The notes under the pieces are model-generated. The model worked only from the letters and a program-made list of their open reading frames with translations, ran no database searches and was not told the origin of the DNA. A stretch of DNA of 64,000 nucleotides from a virus. The first letter of the stretch is position 1, and each line of letters starts with the position of its first letter. Below are positions 36,710 to 46,698 of this stretch, in pieces. The DNA lies in the IMG/VR virus record IMGVR_UViG_3300032291_001290, positions 1-64,000 of that record. The stretch is one strand, 5' to 3'. The translations under genes were made by a program, and so were the position numbers.

Positions 36710-38129
36710 TACTGAGGTTCAAAAACTCTTTTTGCGTATGATGATTACAAACGCAGAATTATATACACGGGTAATGAACATAATGAATCCGGAAAACTTT
36801 GACAAGTCACTAAGACCTGTAGCAGAGTTTATGAAGGAGTATAGTGAAAAATATAGTTTGTTACCCGACTGTACACAAATCAATGCAACTACAGGCATTC
36901 AGCTTGATGCCATTGAAGATTTTGGTGACAAACACACTGAATGGTTTCTCGCTGAGTTTGAATCATTTACAAAACGACAAGAACTAGAACGAGCGATTCT
37001 TAAATCAGCCGATATGCTAGAGAAGGGTGACTTTGGTCCTGTTGAAAAACTAATCAAAGATGCAGTACAGATTAGCTTACAACGAGACATGGGTACTGAT
37101 TACTTTGCTGATCCTAAAGCACGTATTAACAAGTATTTCAATTCAGGTGGACAAGTAAGTACAGGTTGGCCGCAACTTGATAAATTATTATATGGTGGAT
37201 TCAGTCGTGGTGAATTGAATATCTTTGCTGGTGGTAGTGGTTCAGGTAAATCATTAGTTATGATGAACATTGCATTGAATTGGTTACAACAGGGACTCAG
37301 TGGTGTTTATATCAGTTTAGAATTGAGTGAAGAATTAACTTCATTGAGAACTGATGCCATGTTGACCATGATGAGTACTAGAGATATTCGTAAAGATATT
37401 GACAATACTGAACTTAAAGTAAAGATGGCAGGTAAAAAATCAGGACAGTATCGTGTTAAGGGTTTGCCTGCACAAAGTAATGTCAATGATATTAGGTCAT
37501 ACTTAAAAGAAGTGCAGATTCAAACTGGTATCAAAGTTGACTTTGTAATGATTGATTATCTTGATTTGGTTATGCCAGTTAGTGTCAAGGTAAATCCTAA
37601 CGATCAGTTTATCAAAGACAAATACGTAAGTGAAGAATTACGTAACTTAGCAAAAGAATTAGGTATTCTTATGGTTACTGCAAGTCAATTAAATCGTAGT
37701 GCAGTTGAAGAAATTGAATTTGATCATAGTCACATTGCAGGTGGTATCAGTAAGATTAACACAGCGGATAATGTGTTCGGTATCTTTACAAGTCGTAGTA
37801 TGCGTGAACGTGGTCAATATCAAATTCAATGTATGAAAAGTCGTAGTTCTACTGGAGTAGGACAAAAGATTGATTTGGAATATAACATTGAAACTATGCG
37901 AATAACAGATACTGATCCAGATGGATATGCCGAACAACAATCAAAATTCAGACCTAGTCCTAGTCCAAATGATATTATGACTAGATTAAAACCACAGTCT
38001 ACATTGGCATCTTCTGATACTATTATTAATCAAGCTACAGGGGAAATATTAGAACCTGATAATAAACGCACATTAGCAGATGTTCAGGGATCAAAACTTA
38101 AAACATTATTAAATTCATTAAAAAAGTAG
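36693..38129 (+). CDS. replicative DnaB-like helicase (T4 gp41-like)
   Basis: GGSGSGKS, SLE, IDYLD, TASQLNR, KSR motifs. Confidence 0.93.
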   Translation: MLKDYNTEVQKLFLRMMITNAELYTRVMNIMNPENFDKSLRPVAEFMKEYSEKYSLLPDCTQINATTGIQLDAIEDFGDKHTEWFLAEFESFTKRQELERAILKSADMLEKGDFGPVEKLIKDAVQISLQRDMGTDYFADPKARINKYFNSGGQVSTGWPQLDKLLYGGFSRGELNIFAGGSGSGKSLVMMNIALNWLQQGLSGVYISLELSEELTSLRTDAMLTMMSTRDIRKDIDNTELKVKMAGKKSGQYRVKGLPAQSNVNDIRSYLKEVQIQTGIKVDFVMIDYLDLVMPVSVKVNPNDQFIKDKYVSEELRNLAKELGILMVTASQLNRSAVEEIEFDHSHIAGGISKINTADNVFGIFTSRSMRERGQYQIQCMKSRSSTGVGQKIDLEYNIETMRITDTDPDGYAEQQSKFRPSPSPNDIMTRLKPQSTLASSDTIINQATGEILEPDNKRTLADVQGSKLKTLLNSLKK

Positions 38130-38185
38130 AGATATCTTAAAATATAATTAAACCCAATTTTGATAAATACTATTAGGATACTCAT

Positions 38186-38434
38186 ATGCAAAAACAAACC
38201 CGCTCCCTTTTGCAGGAATTAGAAGCACTTGGAAATAATCGTGATACTTCCCACGTTATTGAAAACCGTGCCCACAATATTATTGTTAGTGCAATTCATT
38301 TAATTGAAATGATTAATCGTCATTATCCTGAGGAAAAAGCCCAACTTCTGGAAAAGAAACTTTTAAGTGCTATCAAAAGCAAAGATCAAACAAGATTTGC
38401 AAAATCTTTAAGGAAAAACCGTGAAACTGAATGA
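38186..38434 (+). CDS. hypothetical late protein
   Basis: GATAAATA at 38162; AGGA SD. Confidence 0.7.
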   Translation: MQKQTRSLLQELEALGNNRDTSHVIENRAHNIIVSAIHLIEMINRHYPEEKAQLLEKKLLSAIKSKDQTRFAKSLRKNRETE

Positions 38435-39989
38435 ATTTAAACAATTGAACGAACTAGACCTATCGCAGGCATTCGGAGACTATGGAGCCGCAGCTTTACA
38501 GCAAACAGGCAATAGACTAAATCCATTTAGTAAAACTGGGTCCGACCAATTGTCAGTACAAGATAAAATGGCTAAGAATATATTCATCAGTAACATGATA
38601 GGTAGAGCAAGTGCTGATTTGGATAGTGCTATCAAGGGCGGATTAGTAGATCCTAAAATAAAGGGCGGACAACCCACTGCAACACCTGCACAACCAACTA
38701 CACCAACTTCATCTACACAATCAACTACTACACAACAAGCTCCTGCAGGAGAAACCCCTGAACAAAAACGTATAAGATTACAAAAGGCTGCACAACAAAA
38801 TATAGATAAAACTGCGGCCCCAGTTAGTAAACTACCAGTTAATCAACCAACTGTGCAAGCAGGTAACATAAGACAAGCTAAACAAAAAGATGCTGCCGCA
38901 AATGCTCAATCACAGATGGCTCCGTTTACTAAACTACCAGCTAATCAACCAGCCGTACAAGCGGCAAATATCAGACAAAATAAACAGCAAGTAGCGGGGA
39001 CAACTGCTCAAGCACAAATGTCTCCGGTTAGCAAGTTACCTGCCGATCAAGCCGCGATTCAGGCTGCTAATATTAGAAAACAAAAACAACAGGCTGCTCA
39101 AGCAAATTTATTTAAAGAATCAACTTATGCTAAATTAGACTATATTTTAGAAAGTGTTATTAATATTGATGAAGCAGTAGCATCCAAGCAATCAATAAGT
39201 GATTTCATTCAACGATTTTTTAAAAAATATTTACAAATTCAAACTATACCTTCTCAAGTACAAACACAAGTAACAACTCTTGCAAATGAAATTGAAAGTA
39301 CTTATCCAAGAAATAAAGATGCACTTACTAAGTTGGCTAATTTAGGATATGCTTTTTCCTACAGTAATCAAGATAATGCAACAGATACAGCAGACGCAGA
39401 TACAACACAACCTGCAACTAATTCTTTTGCGGCAGGAATACAACAAGGTTTAGGAAAAAGTGCATCTGCATCGGATACAACTACAGCCTCACCAGCTACG
39501 GCTAATACAGTACCAACATCTACTATCAGGACCGAACCTACAACAACGCCTACAACAACTGTACAACCAACTAGTGATACTATCCCTGATCAAACAACTA
39601 CTGCTACTCCCTACAAACAAGCAATAGGATTGTTGGGTAAACTAGATAAAAAAGGCAAACAAAGAATATTATCTTATATTGAAAAACAATTAGGAAATTC
39701 TACTACAGCTAAATCAACAGGATATGATGCTGGTGCAAATGCTTTTGCACAAATGGGCAAACAACTAACACAGACTGGCGTTACTAATCCATCAACTACA
39801 ACAAAGACAAGTACAGGTGGAAAAGTTCAAAACACTGGATTAGGGGTAGTAAATACAAAGAGTAGAAACAATCCAAATATAAAACGTAGACCTAGAGTTA
39901 AGTCTGACACAGTTCCAACCAATACAGACCAAACTATAGCTAACCGTCAACAAAAATTAAAAACACGTAAACAAAAGGCACCAGCGTAA
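38421..39989 (+). CDS. low-complexity (T/Q/A/P-rich) putative internal virion protein with repeats
   Basis: Starts MKLNEF..LNE; three 34-aa repeats. Confidence 0.65.
   Translation: MKLNEFKQLNELDLSQAFGDYGAAALQQTGNRLNPFSKTGSDQLSVQDKMAKNIFISNMIGRASADLDSAIKGGLVDPKIKGGQPTATPAQPTTPTSSTQSTTTQQAPAGETPEQKRIRLQKAAQQNIDKTAAPVSKLPVNQPTVQAGNIRQAKQKDAAANAQSQMAPFTKLPANQPAVQAANIRQNKQQVAGTTAQAQMSPVSKLPADQAAIQAANIRKQKQQAAQANLFKESTYAKLDYILESVINIDEAVASKQSISDFIQRFFKKYLQIQTIPSQVQTQVTTLANEIESTYPRNKDALTKLANLGYAFSYSNQDNATDTADADTTQPATNSFAAGIQQGLGKSASASDTTTASPATANTVPTSTIRTEPTTTPTTTVQPTSDTIPDQTTTATPYKQAIGLLGKLDKKGKQRILSYIEKQLGNSTTAKSTGYDAGANAFAQMGKQLTQTGVTNPSTTTKTSTGGKVQNTGLGVVNTKSRNNPNIKRRPRVKSDTVPTNTDQTIANRQQKLKTRKQKAPA
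38817..39110 (+). repeat. three imperfect 102-nt (34-aa) coding tandem repeats
   Basis: APVSKLP.NQP.VQA.NIRQ.KQ units start at 38817, 38919 and 39021. Confidence 0.85.
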
Positions 39990-40007
39990 AAAGTGCAACT
40001 ATATTAC

Positions 40008-40047
40008 AAAAATCCAGGATTTTAATAACCAAATCCTGGATTTTTTT
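40008..40047. terminator. bidirectional-type terminator
   Basis: AAAAATCCAGGATTT...AAATCCTGGATTTTTTT. Confidence 0.8.
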
Positions 40048-40108
40048 GCATCAGGAATAAATAATAGTATGAATCAGTAGGATTCAAAACATTTAAAGGA
40101 ATTTCCAA

Positions 40109-40498
40109 ATGGCACAATTTACAAAATCAAACGGTGACTTACTACCAGTATTAAACTTAGACTACCCAGCATACACAAACAGTGGTGCAAACGCAGTTTC
40201 TACAGGTAATACAGTACAACCACAAGGTCCAAAACTAGACTACTTCACTATTACAGCGGCATCTAGCGGTGCATTGACAGGTACACAAGTTAATTTAATC
40301 ATACAAGCTACACAACAATTAGCTACAGTTTACATCTATGAATTCACAACTGCAGGTCCTGACACATTAGCAATGGCTGTTTATCCAACAGGCGCATGGA
40401 CAACTGCTACATTACAAACAGCAACACGTGCGGCATTGACAGCCGGTGGTGTAGCCAACGCAGTAGTTGCTTCAGCTACAGCTACATTCACAGGTTAA
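40109..40498 (+). CDS. small A/T/G-rich virion protein (possible capsid decoration)
   Basis: Own late promoter and SD, flanked by terminators. Confidence 0.55.
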   Translation: MAQFTKSNGDLLPVLNLDYPAYTNSGANAVSTGNTVQPQGPKLDYFTITAASSGALTGTQVNLIIQATQQLATVYIYEFTTAGPDTLAMAVYPTGAWTTATLQTATRAALTAGGVANAVVASATATFTG

Positions 40499-40512
40499 TC
40501 TTTAACTTGAAT

Positions 40513-40542
40513 AAAAAACCCGGGAAATTCTCGGGTTTTTTT
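40513..40542 (+). terminator. intrinsic terminator
   Basis: AAAAAACCCGGGA-AATT-CTCGGGTTTTTTT. Confidence 0.8.
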
Positions 40543-40561
40543 ACCTCTATTAAATAGTACT

Positions 40562-41017
40562 ATGCATATTATTACTTGTTACACTCTTTTTGACATTACA
40601 GTAACTAATGTACCTAATCGTCAACGCCCTGATATTGACAAGGATCCGCAAGAATGGTATTATAAGCGTAATACACAAAGTAATTTTGACACTATTCAAC
40701 AAGTAATATCCTTACGTAGTCAGCCTGAGATAATTCGTAAACCTAGCAAAATAGAAATTCGTTTCGATACATTTACTGATTTTGGATTTCTTTTTGAACA
40801 ACAAGAAGATGAAACATATCCTTGTTGGTCATTTGATTTTACTGTACAACACCCTAGTGTGTTCTATGACGGAATACATGATTTAGGATCATTATATCGT
40901 GATTGCGAAAGAGTTCCTATGATTAAATGTCACACTATGTGGGACAAACTTGACAATACTTTAGATAGTAGTGACGAACTAAGAAATATATTTTTTAAAA
41001 CACTGAACCATGATTAA
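40562..41017 (+). CDS. hypothetical late protein
   Basis: TLFDIT..., RN.Q.NF.T..Q..SLRSQP motifs. Confidence 0.7.
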   Translation: MHIITCYTLFDITVTNVPNRQRPDIDKDPQEWYYKRNTQSNFDTIQQVISLRSQPEIIRKPSKIEIRFDTFTDFGFLFEQQEDETYPCWSFDFTVQHPSVFYDGIHDLGSLYRDCERVPMIKCHTMWDKLDNTLDSSDELRNIFFKTLNHD

Positions 41018-41486
41018 TGAAAAAATATTCCAAAAGATAGAACAGACTATTCACAAAGATGATTTGAAACATCTACAGGATTTGTCTATCTTTCAAGATG
41101 CAACTGGTAAATATCAGTTATTCAATAAATATACTATTACAAAAATAAACGGATCATATGAAGTAGGTTTTTTTACTTCATCTAGTACAATACTTTTTTG
41201 GGAATTAAAAAATGCTGTTACTTGGTGTACATTTGATCGAAGAAATAAAATAATGGATTCAAAAAGAATTCTTGAACTTGACAAAAAACTAGCTAGACTT
41301 GATACCAATATTGTTGTACATCAAAAGATGGTAAAAAATAGCAAAAACAATGAAGAAAAATTGATATACCTTGCTAAATTGGGTGAAGAACGATTGATGC
41401 TTAAAAGATTAACCGAAGAGTTAAATGACTTTATACTTGATTCAAAGTTATGGCATTCAAAAAGATTCAATACTAAATCCCATTAA
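41010..41486 (+). CDS. hypothetical protein
   Basis: Coupled ORF, 158 aa. Confidence 0.65.
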   Translation: MINEKIFQKIEQTIHKDDLKHLQDLSIFQDATGKYQLFNKYTITKINGSYEVGFFTSSSTILFWELKNAVTWCTFDRRNKIMDSKRILELDKKLARLDTNIVVHQKMVKNSKNNEEKLIYLAKLGEERLMLKRLTEELNDFILDSKLWHSKRFNTKSH

Positions 41487-41534
41487 TAAATTACATTAAA
41501 GATAAATACATTATATATTTCTTTGGATAAAACT

Positions 41535-42257
41535 ATGAAACTAACTGAACTTGATAACAAAACCCGTCACAATGCATCTAGAGCATTAAAAGAGCATTAT
41601 GAACTTCCGTTCGATGTGAACAAGATGTCTATCTCAACAACACGAACAATGCTTCAAAAAGTACGTGGATTAATGACTGAATCTAAACAGTCTTCTGATT
41701 TCTACAAACATCAAGCAACTCCTGCACATATGAAACTTGTGTTTATGGAGCAAGCCCTAGCAGATCATTTTAATGAATTGCGTTCACGCCCTCAACCACG
41801 TATTGTCATAGAAAATGAACAAGTTGAAAAATCACAAGTTGTTTTGGCTGCACAAGACTTAGTTGATAGCATACAAAAAATGCTTGAAGAAGTAGGTCAG
41901 ATGCAAGTTAAAGAATTACCTGCATTAGTATCAGGTATTGAATCTGAAATTGGTGTGAATGAAAGTCAAACATATAATGACCAAGTATCACAGCAATTAG
42001 ATCAATTAAGTTCCGCATTAAAAGAAGCATTCAACGGAATGAAGTCTGCATTAGGTACTGTAACAGGTGATGCCGGTGCACAAGCATTTGACGCCGGTGC
42101 TGAGTTAGGTATGGATGCAGGCATGGATGCAGGTTTAGAAGCTGGTGAAGAAGTAGGTATGGATGCGGGCATGGATGCAGGTTTAGAAGCTGGTGAAGAA
42201 GAAATTCCAGAACCAGAAGAAGCCCCGGTGTCTGGCGTTGGTAGAGCCAAACGCTAA
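41535..42257 (+). CDS. coiled-coil/acidic late protein (possible prohead core component)
   Basis: Late promoter at 41501; acidic repeat tail ending GRAKR. Confidence 0.6.
   Translation: MKLTELDNKTRHNASRALKEHYELPFDVNKMSISTTRTMLQKVRGLMTESKQSSDFYKHQATPAHMKLVFMEQALADHFNELRSRPQPRIVIENEQVEKSQVVLAAQDLVDSIQKMLEEVGQMQVKELPALVSGIESEIGVNESQTYNDQVSQQLDQLSSALKEAFNGMKSALGTVTGDAGAQAFDAGAELGMDAGMDAGLEAGEEVGMDAGMDAGLEAGEEEIPEPEEAPVSGVGRAKR
42106..42201 (+). repeat. two 48-nt tandem repeats (GMDAGMDAGLEAGEE)
   Basis: Near-identical copies starting at 42108 and 42156. Confidence 0.9.
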
Positions 42258-42258
42258 T

Positions 42259-42588
42259 ATGTTTTTGTTTGAACTTGATAGTCCCGATCCAGATACTGTC
42301 AAACTTGTTGCGGTTGTCAATCAACTTAAAGATAGCATAAACAAGGGTCAAGAAAAAGCTGACTGGACTGAAGAAGAATTTTTATCATATCTTAGTGATT
42401 TTGGATTGAATTTATCCATTGATTCATTATATGATATGATAAAAAAACCACCACTCAATAAAGTCATAAGTAATATACAAGCAGGCAATGTTATTTTTGT
42501 AGGTCAAGAGTCAGGTGTTAAACCCAATCAAGACCAACAACAAAGCCAGCAAGTCGTAAACAACATGGCACATGATGCCATGAAGTAA
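42259..42588 (+). CDS. hypothetical protein
   Basis: ATG 2 nt after the previous stop; starts MFLFEL. Confidence 0.65.
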   Translation: MFLFELDSPDPDTVKLVAVVNQLKDSINKGQEKADWTEEEFLSYLSDFGLNLSIDSLYDMIKKPPLNKVISNIQAGNVIFVGQESGVKPNQDQQQSQQVVNNMAHDAMK

Positions 42589-42590
42589 AA

Positions 42591-42911
42591 ATGATAAACA
42601 TTACAGATATAGCATCTCGCAAAGTAAAACAAACACTCTCTAAAAGAGGTAAAGGATTAGGAATCAGAATAGCAGTCAAAACGACAGGTTGTTCTGGTTT
42701 AGCCTATGTGCTTGAATACGTTGACAGCCCCGATGAACATGATATAAAAATTGATTGTGAGGGTTGTGCTTTGTATATTGATCCTAAAAGTTGTGCATAC
42801 TTACAGGGAATGACTATTGATTATGTCCGCAATGGACTAAATGAGGGATTTGAATTTCGTAATCCCAATGAACGTGATCGCTGTGGATGCGGAGAAAGTT
42901 TCAGGGTTTAA
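42591..42911 (+). CDS. iscA: A-type Fe-S cluster carrier (IscA/HesB family)
   Basis: TTGCSGLAY and NPN...CGCGESF motifs. Confidence 0.95.
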   Translation: MINITDIASRKVKQTLSKRGKGLGIRIAVKTTGCSGLAYVLEYVDSPDEHDIKIDCEGCALYIDPKSCAYLQGMTIDYVRNGLNEGFEFRNPNERDRCGCGESFRV

Positions 42912-42912
42912 A

Positions 42913-43677
42913 TTGAAAATTACACATGTAGTAACAATAGGTTGTAGCTGGACTTATTGTCAAGGGTTAGATAGCCCATCAACTCAAGGTTGGCCTGCAT
43001 TAGTTGCCAAAAAGTTAAATGTTCCATTAGTTAATCTTGCTGTACCCGGGGCAGGAAATGATTTCATACATAGAGTATCACATGAATATATCTATAAAAA
43101 TTTATCTACAAATAGTAAACCATTATTTATAATTGCATGGAGCCAGTATTGGAGAAGAGAAACATGGCAGAAAAGAAATTACAATGACAGACATTTTAAT
43201 GATTATGCACCGTTTCATATGCCCGAAGAACATGAAAAACTACAAATAGTATTTGAGAATTTTTTAGTTAACTTCAACTATGAAGATTTTTTCAGAAAAA
43301 CTTTTGTTTATAAACTATCACTCATGAATCTTTTTAAGGTAATGGACATACCTTATATGATGACAGATTATTCTGACGATACAGCAGAAAAATACGAATT
43401 TTTACCTAAGTTAGCATACATGAGTGATATCATTGACAACAATCCTTATAGGATAGAACACTTCTATAAAATAGGAAGTGACGGTGAGCCTAAATTACCT
43501 TGCGGGCATGATGGAGAAAAAACTCAGAAAGTAATCGCAAACTACACGATTACACAAATTGATAGATTATTTCGTGGGTTACAAAAAATTGATGGTAATT
43601 TTGTATCATTAAAAGATTTTCAGGCAACTAGTAAATATCATCAGAAATTCCCAGAATGGTGTAAATTTAAATTATAA
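42913..43677 (+). CDS. SGNH-hydrolase-like hypothetical protein
   Basis: GCSWT, NLAVPGAGN, WS..WR.E, C-terminal GH motifs. Confidence 0.6.
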   Translation: MKITHVVTIGCSWTYCQGLDSPSTQGWPALVAKKLNVPLVNLAVPGAGNDFIHRVSHEYIYKNLSTNSKPLFIIAWSQYWRRETWQKRNYNDRHFNDYAPFHMPEEHEKLQIVFENFLVNFNYEDFFRKTFVYKLSLMNLFKVMDIPYMMTDYSDDTAEKYEFLPKLAYMSDIIDNNPYRIEHFYKIGSDGEPKLPCGHDGEKTQKVIANYTITQIDRLFRGLQKIDGNFVSLKDFQATSKYHQKFPEWCKFKL

Positions 43678-43694
43678 TGTAGTATAATTTGTAC

Positions 43695-44381
43695 ATGTAC
43701 AATCCAACCAAATATAAATACGAATCTTTACTCAGAACGACAGTAGACGGATCAAGAAAATACGCTACTCCAGACGGTGAAAAATTACCCAGTGTTACTA
43801 CGATACTAGAAGCAACTAAACCCGAAGAGGCTAAAAAAGCACTACAAGAATGGCGAAATCGTGTAGGACATAAAAAAGCACAAGAGATAACTACTGAAGC
43901 CGCAGGTCGAGGTACACGAATGCACAAGTGGATTGAGGACTATATCAAGACCGGTAAAATAGGTGAACCAGGATCAAATCCCTATAGTATTCAAAGCCAC
44001 ACAATGGCTCAGTCTATCATTTATCAAGGCTTGAGTAAATGTAATGAATTTTGGGGAACAGAAGTTCCATTATACTTCCCTAAAGTTTACGCCGGCACTA
44101 CAGATTTATGCGGTATACATGATGGTAGTGAAGCTATTATGGACCATAAACAATCTAACAAGTTAAAGAAACGTGAGTGGATTGAAGACTACTTTTTGCA
44201 ATTAACCGCATACGCAAACGCACACAATGAAGTACACGGAACAAACATTCGTAAGGGTGTTATTTTTATGTGTACAGCAGATAATGTATATCAGGAATTC
44301 ATTGTAGAGGGTGCAGAATTTGATAAATGGTCAGATAAATGGTTTAAGCGTGTAGAAGAATATTATATGAAATTCCTATAA
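43695..44381 (+). CDS. PD-(D/E)XK exonuclease (Cas4/RecB-like)
   Basis: PSVTTIL, RGT.MH, E..L, AGTTD, DHK, QL.AY motifs. Confidence 0.88.
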   Translation: MYNPTKYKYESLLRTTVDGSRKYATPDGEKLPSVTTILEATKPEEAKKALQEWRNRVGHKKAQEITTEAAGRGTRMHKWIEDYIKTGKIGEPGSNPYSIQSHTMAQSIIYQGLSKCNEFWGTEVPLYFPKVYAGTTDLCGIHDGSEAIMDHKQSNKLKKREWIEDYFLQLTAYANAHNEVHGTNIRKGVIFMCTADNVYQEFIVEGAEFDKWSDKWFKRVEEYYMKFL

Positions 44382-44433
44382 CGATTAGATCGGGTTTGTG
44401 ATAAATAAGTGTATATCGTGAAGAAATACACTT

Positions 44434-46680
44434 ATGGCTATAGTACAAATCAGTAAAATCCAACAAAGAGCAGGTAACTTAGTTGACCTACCTCAACTTG
44501 ATAATGCAGAGTTCGGCTGGGCAACCGATGACAAACGACTATTCATTGGAAGAACAGGAAATACTGTAGAGAATGAAAATATTGAAGTTTTAACTTCATA
44601 TTCAACTATTAGTTTTAGTCAAGTAGATGGTAGTGATGGCGGCAATCTTAATATTAATCTTGCAAATAATGGACAACTATTAACCTATATTGAAAGTACT
44701 AATACTTGGGAAAATTATCCAAGTACGGATATAATATCTGCTAATGCAAATTTTAAATTAGATTTAGGTAATGTAGAATATTTAAATATCAATGGCGGTG
44801 CTATTGGATATGTGTTAGAAACAGACGGAACAGGAAATCTTTCTTGGACTCCAAAAGGTACGTTGTATACCCCGATCATAGCACTATCAAATGCTACTCC
44901 AATCATAATGACAGTGGCAAACACCACACCATATACAAATAGTTTAGGTGTCACTATTTCTGGTGCAAATGGTGCAAATGCAAATACTATTGTTAATGGA
45001 CAAACGTTTTATGTTAAGCTAGCTAACAATTTTGCAACTACTGGTAACGTTGAGTTATATACTGATTCAGGATTAAGTACAGCGGCTGCAGGTACTAACT
45101 TAGGTGCATCAACACCAAATGTAGCAGTTGCTACAGCTAGCTTAAGTGGAACAGGCGGCGGCGGATCTGGTGCAGCCGGAGGTTCAACTACTACTGTTCA
45201 GTTTAATGATGGTGGCGTTTTAGCCGGAAACACCGGATTTACGTTTGATAAAAATACAACTCTATTAACAGTTAACGGAAATACTAATGTTGCTAATTTA
45301 AATGCCACATCAACTGTTACAGCACCAGTATTAATTTCTAACGTTAGTACAGGAACAGCACCATTAACAATTTCAAGTACAACACGTGTAAGCAACTTAA
45401 ATGTTTCTTATTCTAACGTTAGTGATTTTTCTGTTACTACGTTACAAACTACCGGAACATTCTATCCACTATTTGCAAATGCTACATCAGGAAATTTAGC
45501 ACATGGTGCAAATGCAAATTTATCTTTCAATGCAGCTACTGGCGCATTATCAGCTACATTAGTTACTGGTACACTAACTACTGCATCTCAGCCTAACATT
45601 ACAAGCGTTGGTACACTAACATCATTAAATGTATCAGGTAATATCACGGGTGGTAACTTAATTGGCCCATATGCAAATGGAACATCTAATATAAATATTC
45701 CTACTGCTTCTGGTAATATTGCAGTCAGTGTTGGTGGTACGTCAAACGTATTGGTAGTCACTACTACAGGATTAGTTGGTAATGTATTTGGTCCATTAGC
45801 AAATGGTAACAGTAATGTACGTATTGCCGCATCAAATGGCAATGTGACTATATCAGCAGTAGGTAATGCAAACATTGTTACTGTTACCGGAACTGGCGCA
45901 AACATTTCAGGAACATTTAGTGTTTCGGGTAATGCTAATGTAGGTAACTTAGGTACTAGTGGTAGAGTAATTGGTAGTATATTAGAAAGTAACGTAGCAA
46001 CAGGAACAGCACCATTAACAATTGCAAGTACGACACGTGTAACCAATTTAAACGTTGCATATGCAAACGTAAGTGATTTTAGTGCTATGACAGCCTTGAC
46101 AACGGGTACATATTACCCAACATTTGTCAGTGGCACAGCGGCAGCTAATTATGCATTAGGTTCAAATACTGCATTTAGTGCAAACATTGCTAATGGATAT
46201 TTTGTTGCAACAGGCATAACTACAACTAATATTAGTACTGGTGCAAACTCTACCGCAGGCAATTTGACCGGCAATTGGACATTAACAGCTGGTTCTAGAC
46301 TACAAGCAACATATGCTGACTTGGCAGAATATTATGAAGCTGATGCAGTGTATGATCCTGGAACTGTATTAGAATTTGGCGGCGAGAAAGAAGTTACACT
46401 AGCAACAGATGGAACATCAAGAGTTGCAGGTGTTGTGTCTACTGACCCAGCATATGTAATGAATACGAAATGTTCCGGTATTGCAACAGCAATTGCATTG
46501 CAAGGTCGTGTACCAACTAAAGTGCGTGGTACAATTAATAAAGGTGATATGATGGTGTCTGGTGGCAATGGATTTGCTAGACCCAGTTCAGCACCTCACA
46601 TGGGAACAGTTATCGGCAAAGCATTAGAAAACTTTGACGGAATCGAAGGCGTGATTGAAATTGCAATCGGCAGACTTTAA
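44434..46680 (+). CDS. tail fibre/receptor-binding protein with C-terminal intramolecular-chaperone-like domain
   Basis: N-terminal LPQL..AEFGWATD..RLFIG; G/N/T-rich repeats; C-terminal YADLAEYY...GRVP..GTVIGKALE. Confidence 0.75.
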   Translation: MAIVQISKIQQRAGNLVDLPQLDNAEFGWATDDKRLFIGRTGNTVENENIEVLTSYSTISFSQVDGSDGGNLNINLANNGQLLTYIESTNTWENYPSTDIISANANFKLDLGNVEYLNINGGAIGYVLETDGTGNLSWTPKGTLYTPIIALSNATPIIMTVANTTPYTNSLGVTISGANGANANTIVNGQTFYVKLANNFATTGNVELYTDSGLSTAAAGTNLGASTPNVAVATASLSGTGGGGSGAAGGSTTTVQFNDGGVLAGNTGFTFDKNTTLLTVNGNTNVANLNATSTVTAPVLISNVSTGTAPLTISSTTRVSNLNVSYSNVSDFSVTTLQTTGTFYPLFANATSGNLAHGANANLSFNAATGALSATLVTGTLTTASQPNITSVGTLTSLNVSGNITGGNLIGPYANGTSNINIPTASGNIAVSVGGTSNVLVVTTTGLVGNVFGPLANGNSNVRIAASNGNVTISAVGNANIVTVTGTGANISGTFSVSGNANVGNLGTSGRVIGSILESNVATGTAPLTIASTTRVTNLNVAYANVSDFSAMTALTTGTYYPTFVSGTAAANYALGSNTAFSANIANGYFVATGITTTNISTGANSTAGNLTGNWTLTAGSRLQATYADLAEYYEADAVYDPGTVLEFGGEKEVTLATDGTSRVAGVVSTDPAYVMNTKCSGIATAIALQGRVPTKVRGTINKGDMMVSGGNGFARPSSAPHMGTVIGKALENFDGIEGVIEIAIGRL

Positions 46681-46698
46681 AATAATAGGAAAAATAAA

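Noticed and set aside
43695-44381. Cas4-like gene as evidence of a CRISPR-Cas system
   Set aside because: It is a stand-alone PD-(D/E)XK exonuclease of a kind common in T4-like phages; no cas1 or array is nearby.
44434-46680. Diversity-generating retroelement targeting the fibre
   Set aside because: No reverse transcriptase and no adenine-specific TR/VR repeat pair were seen in the window.
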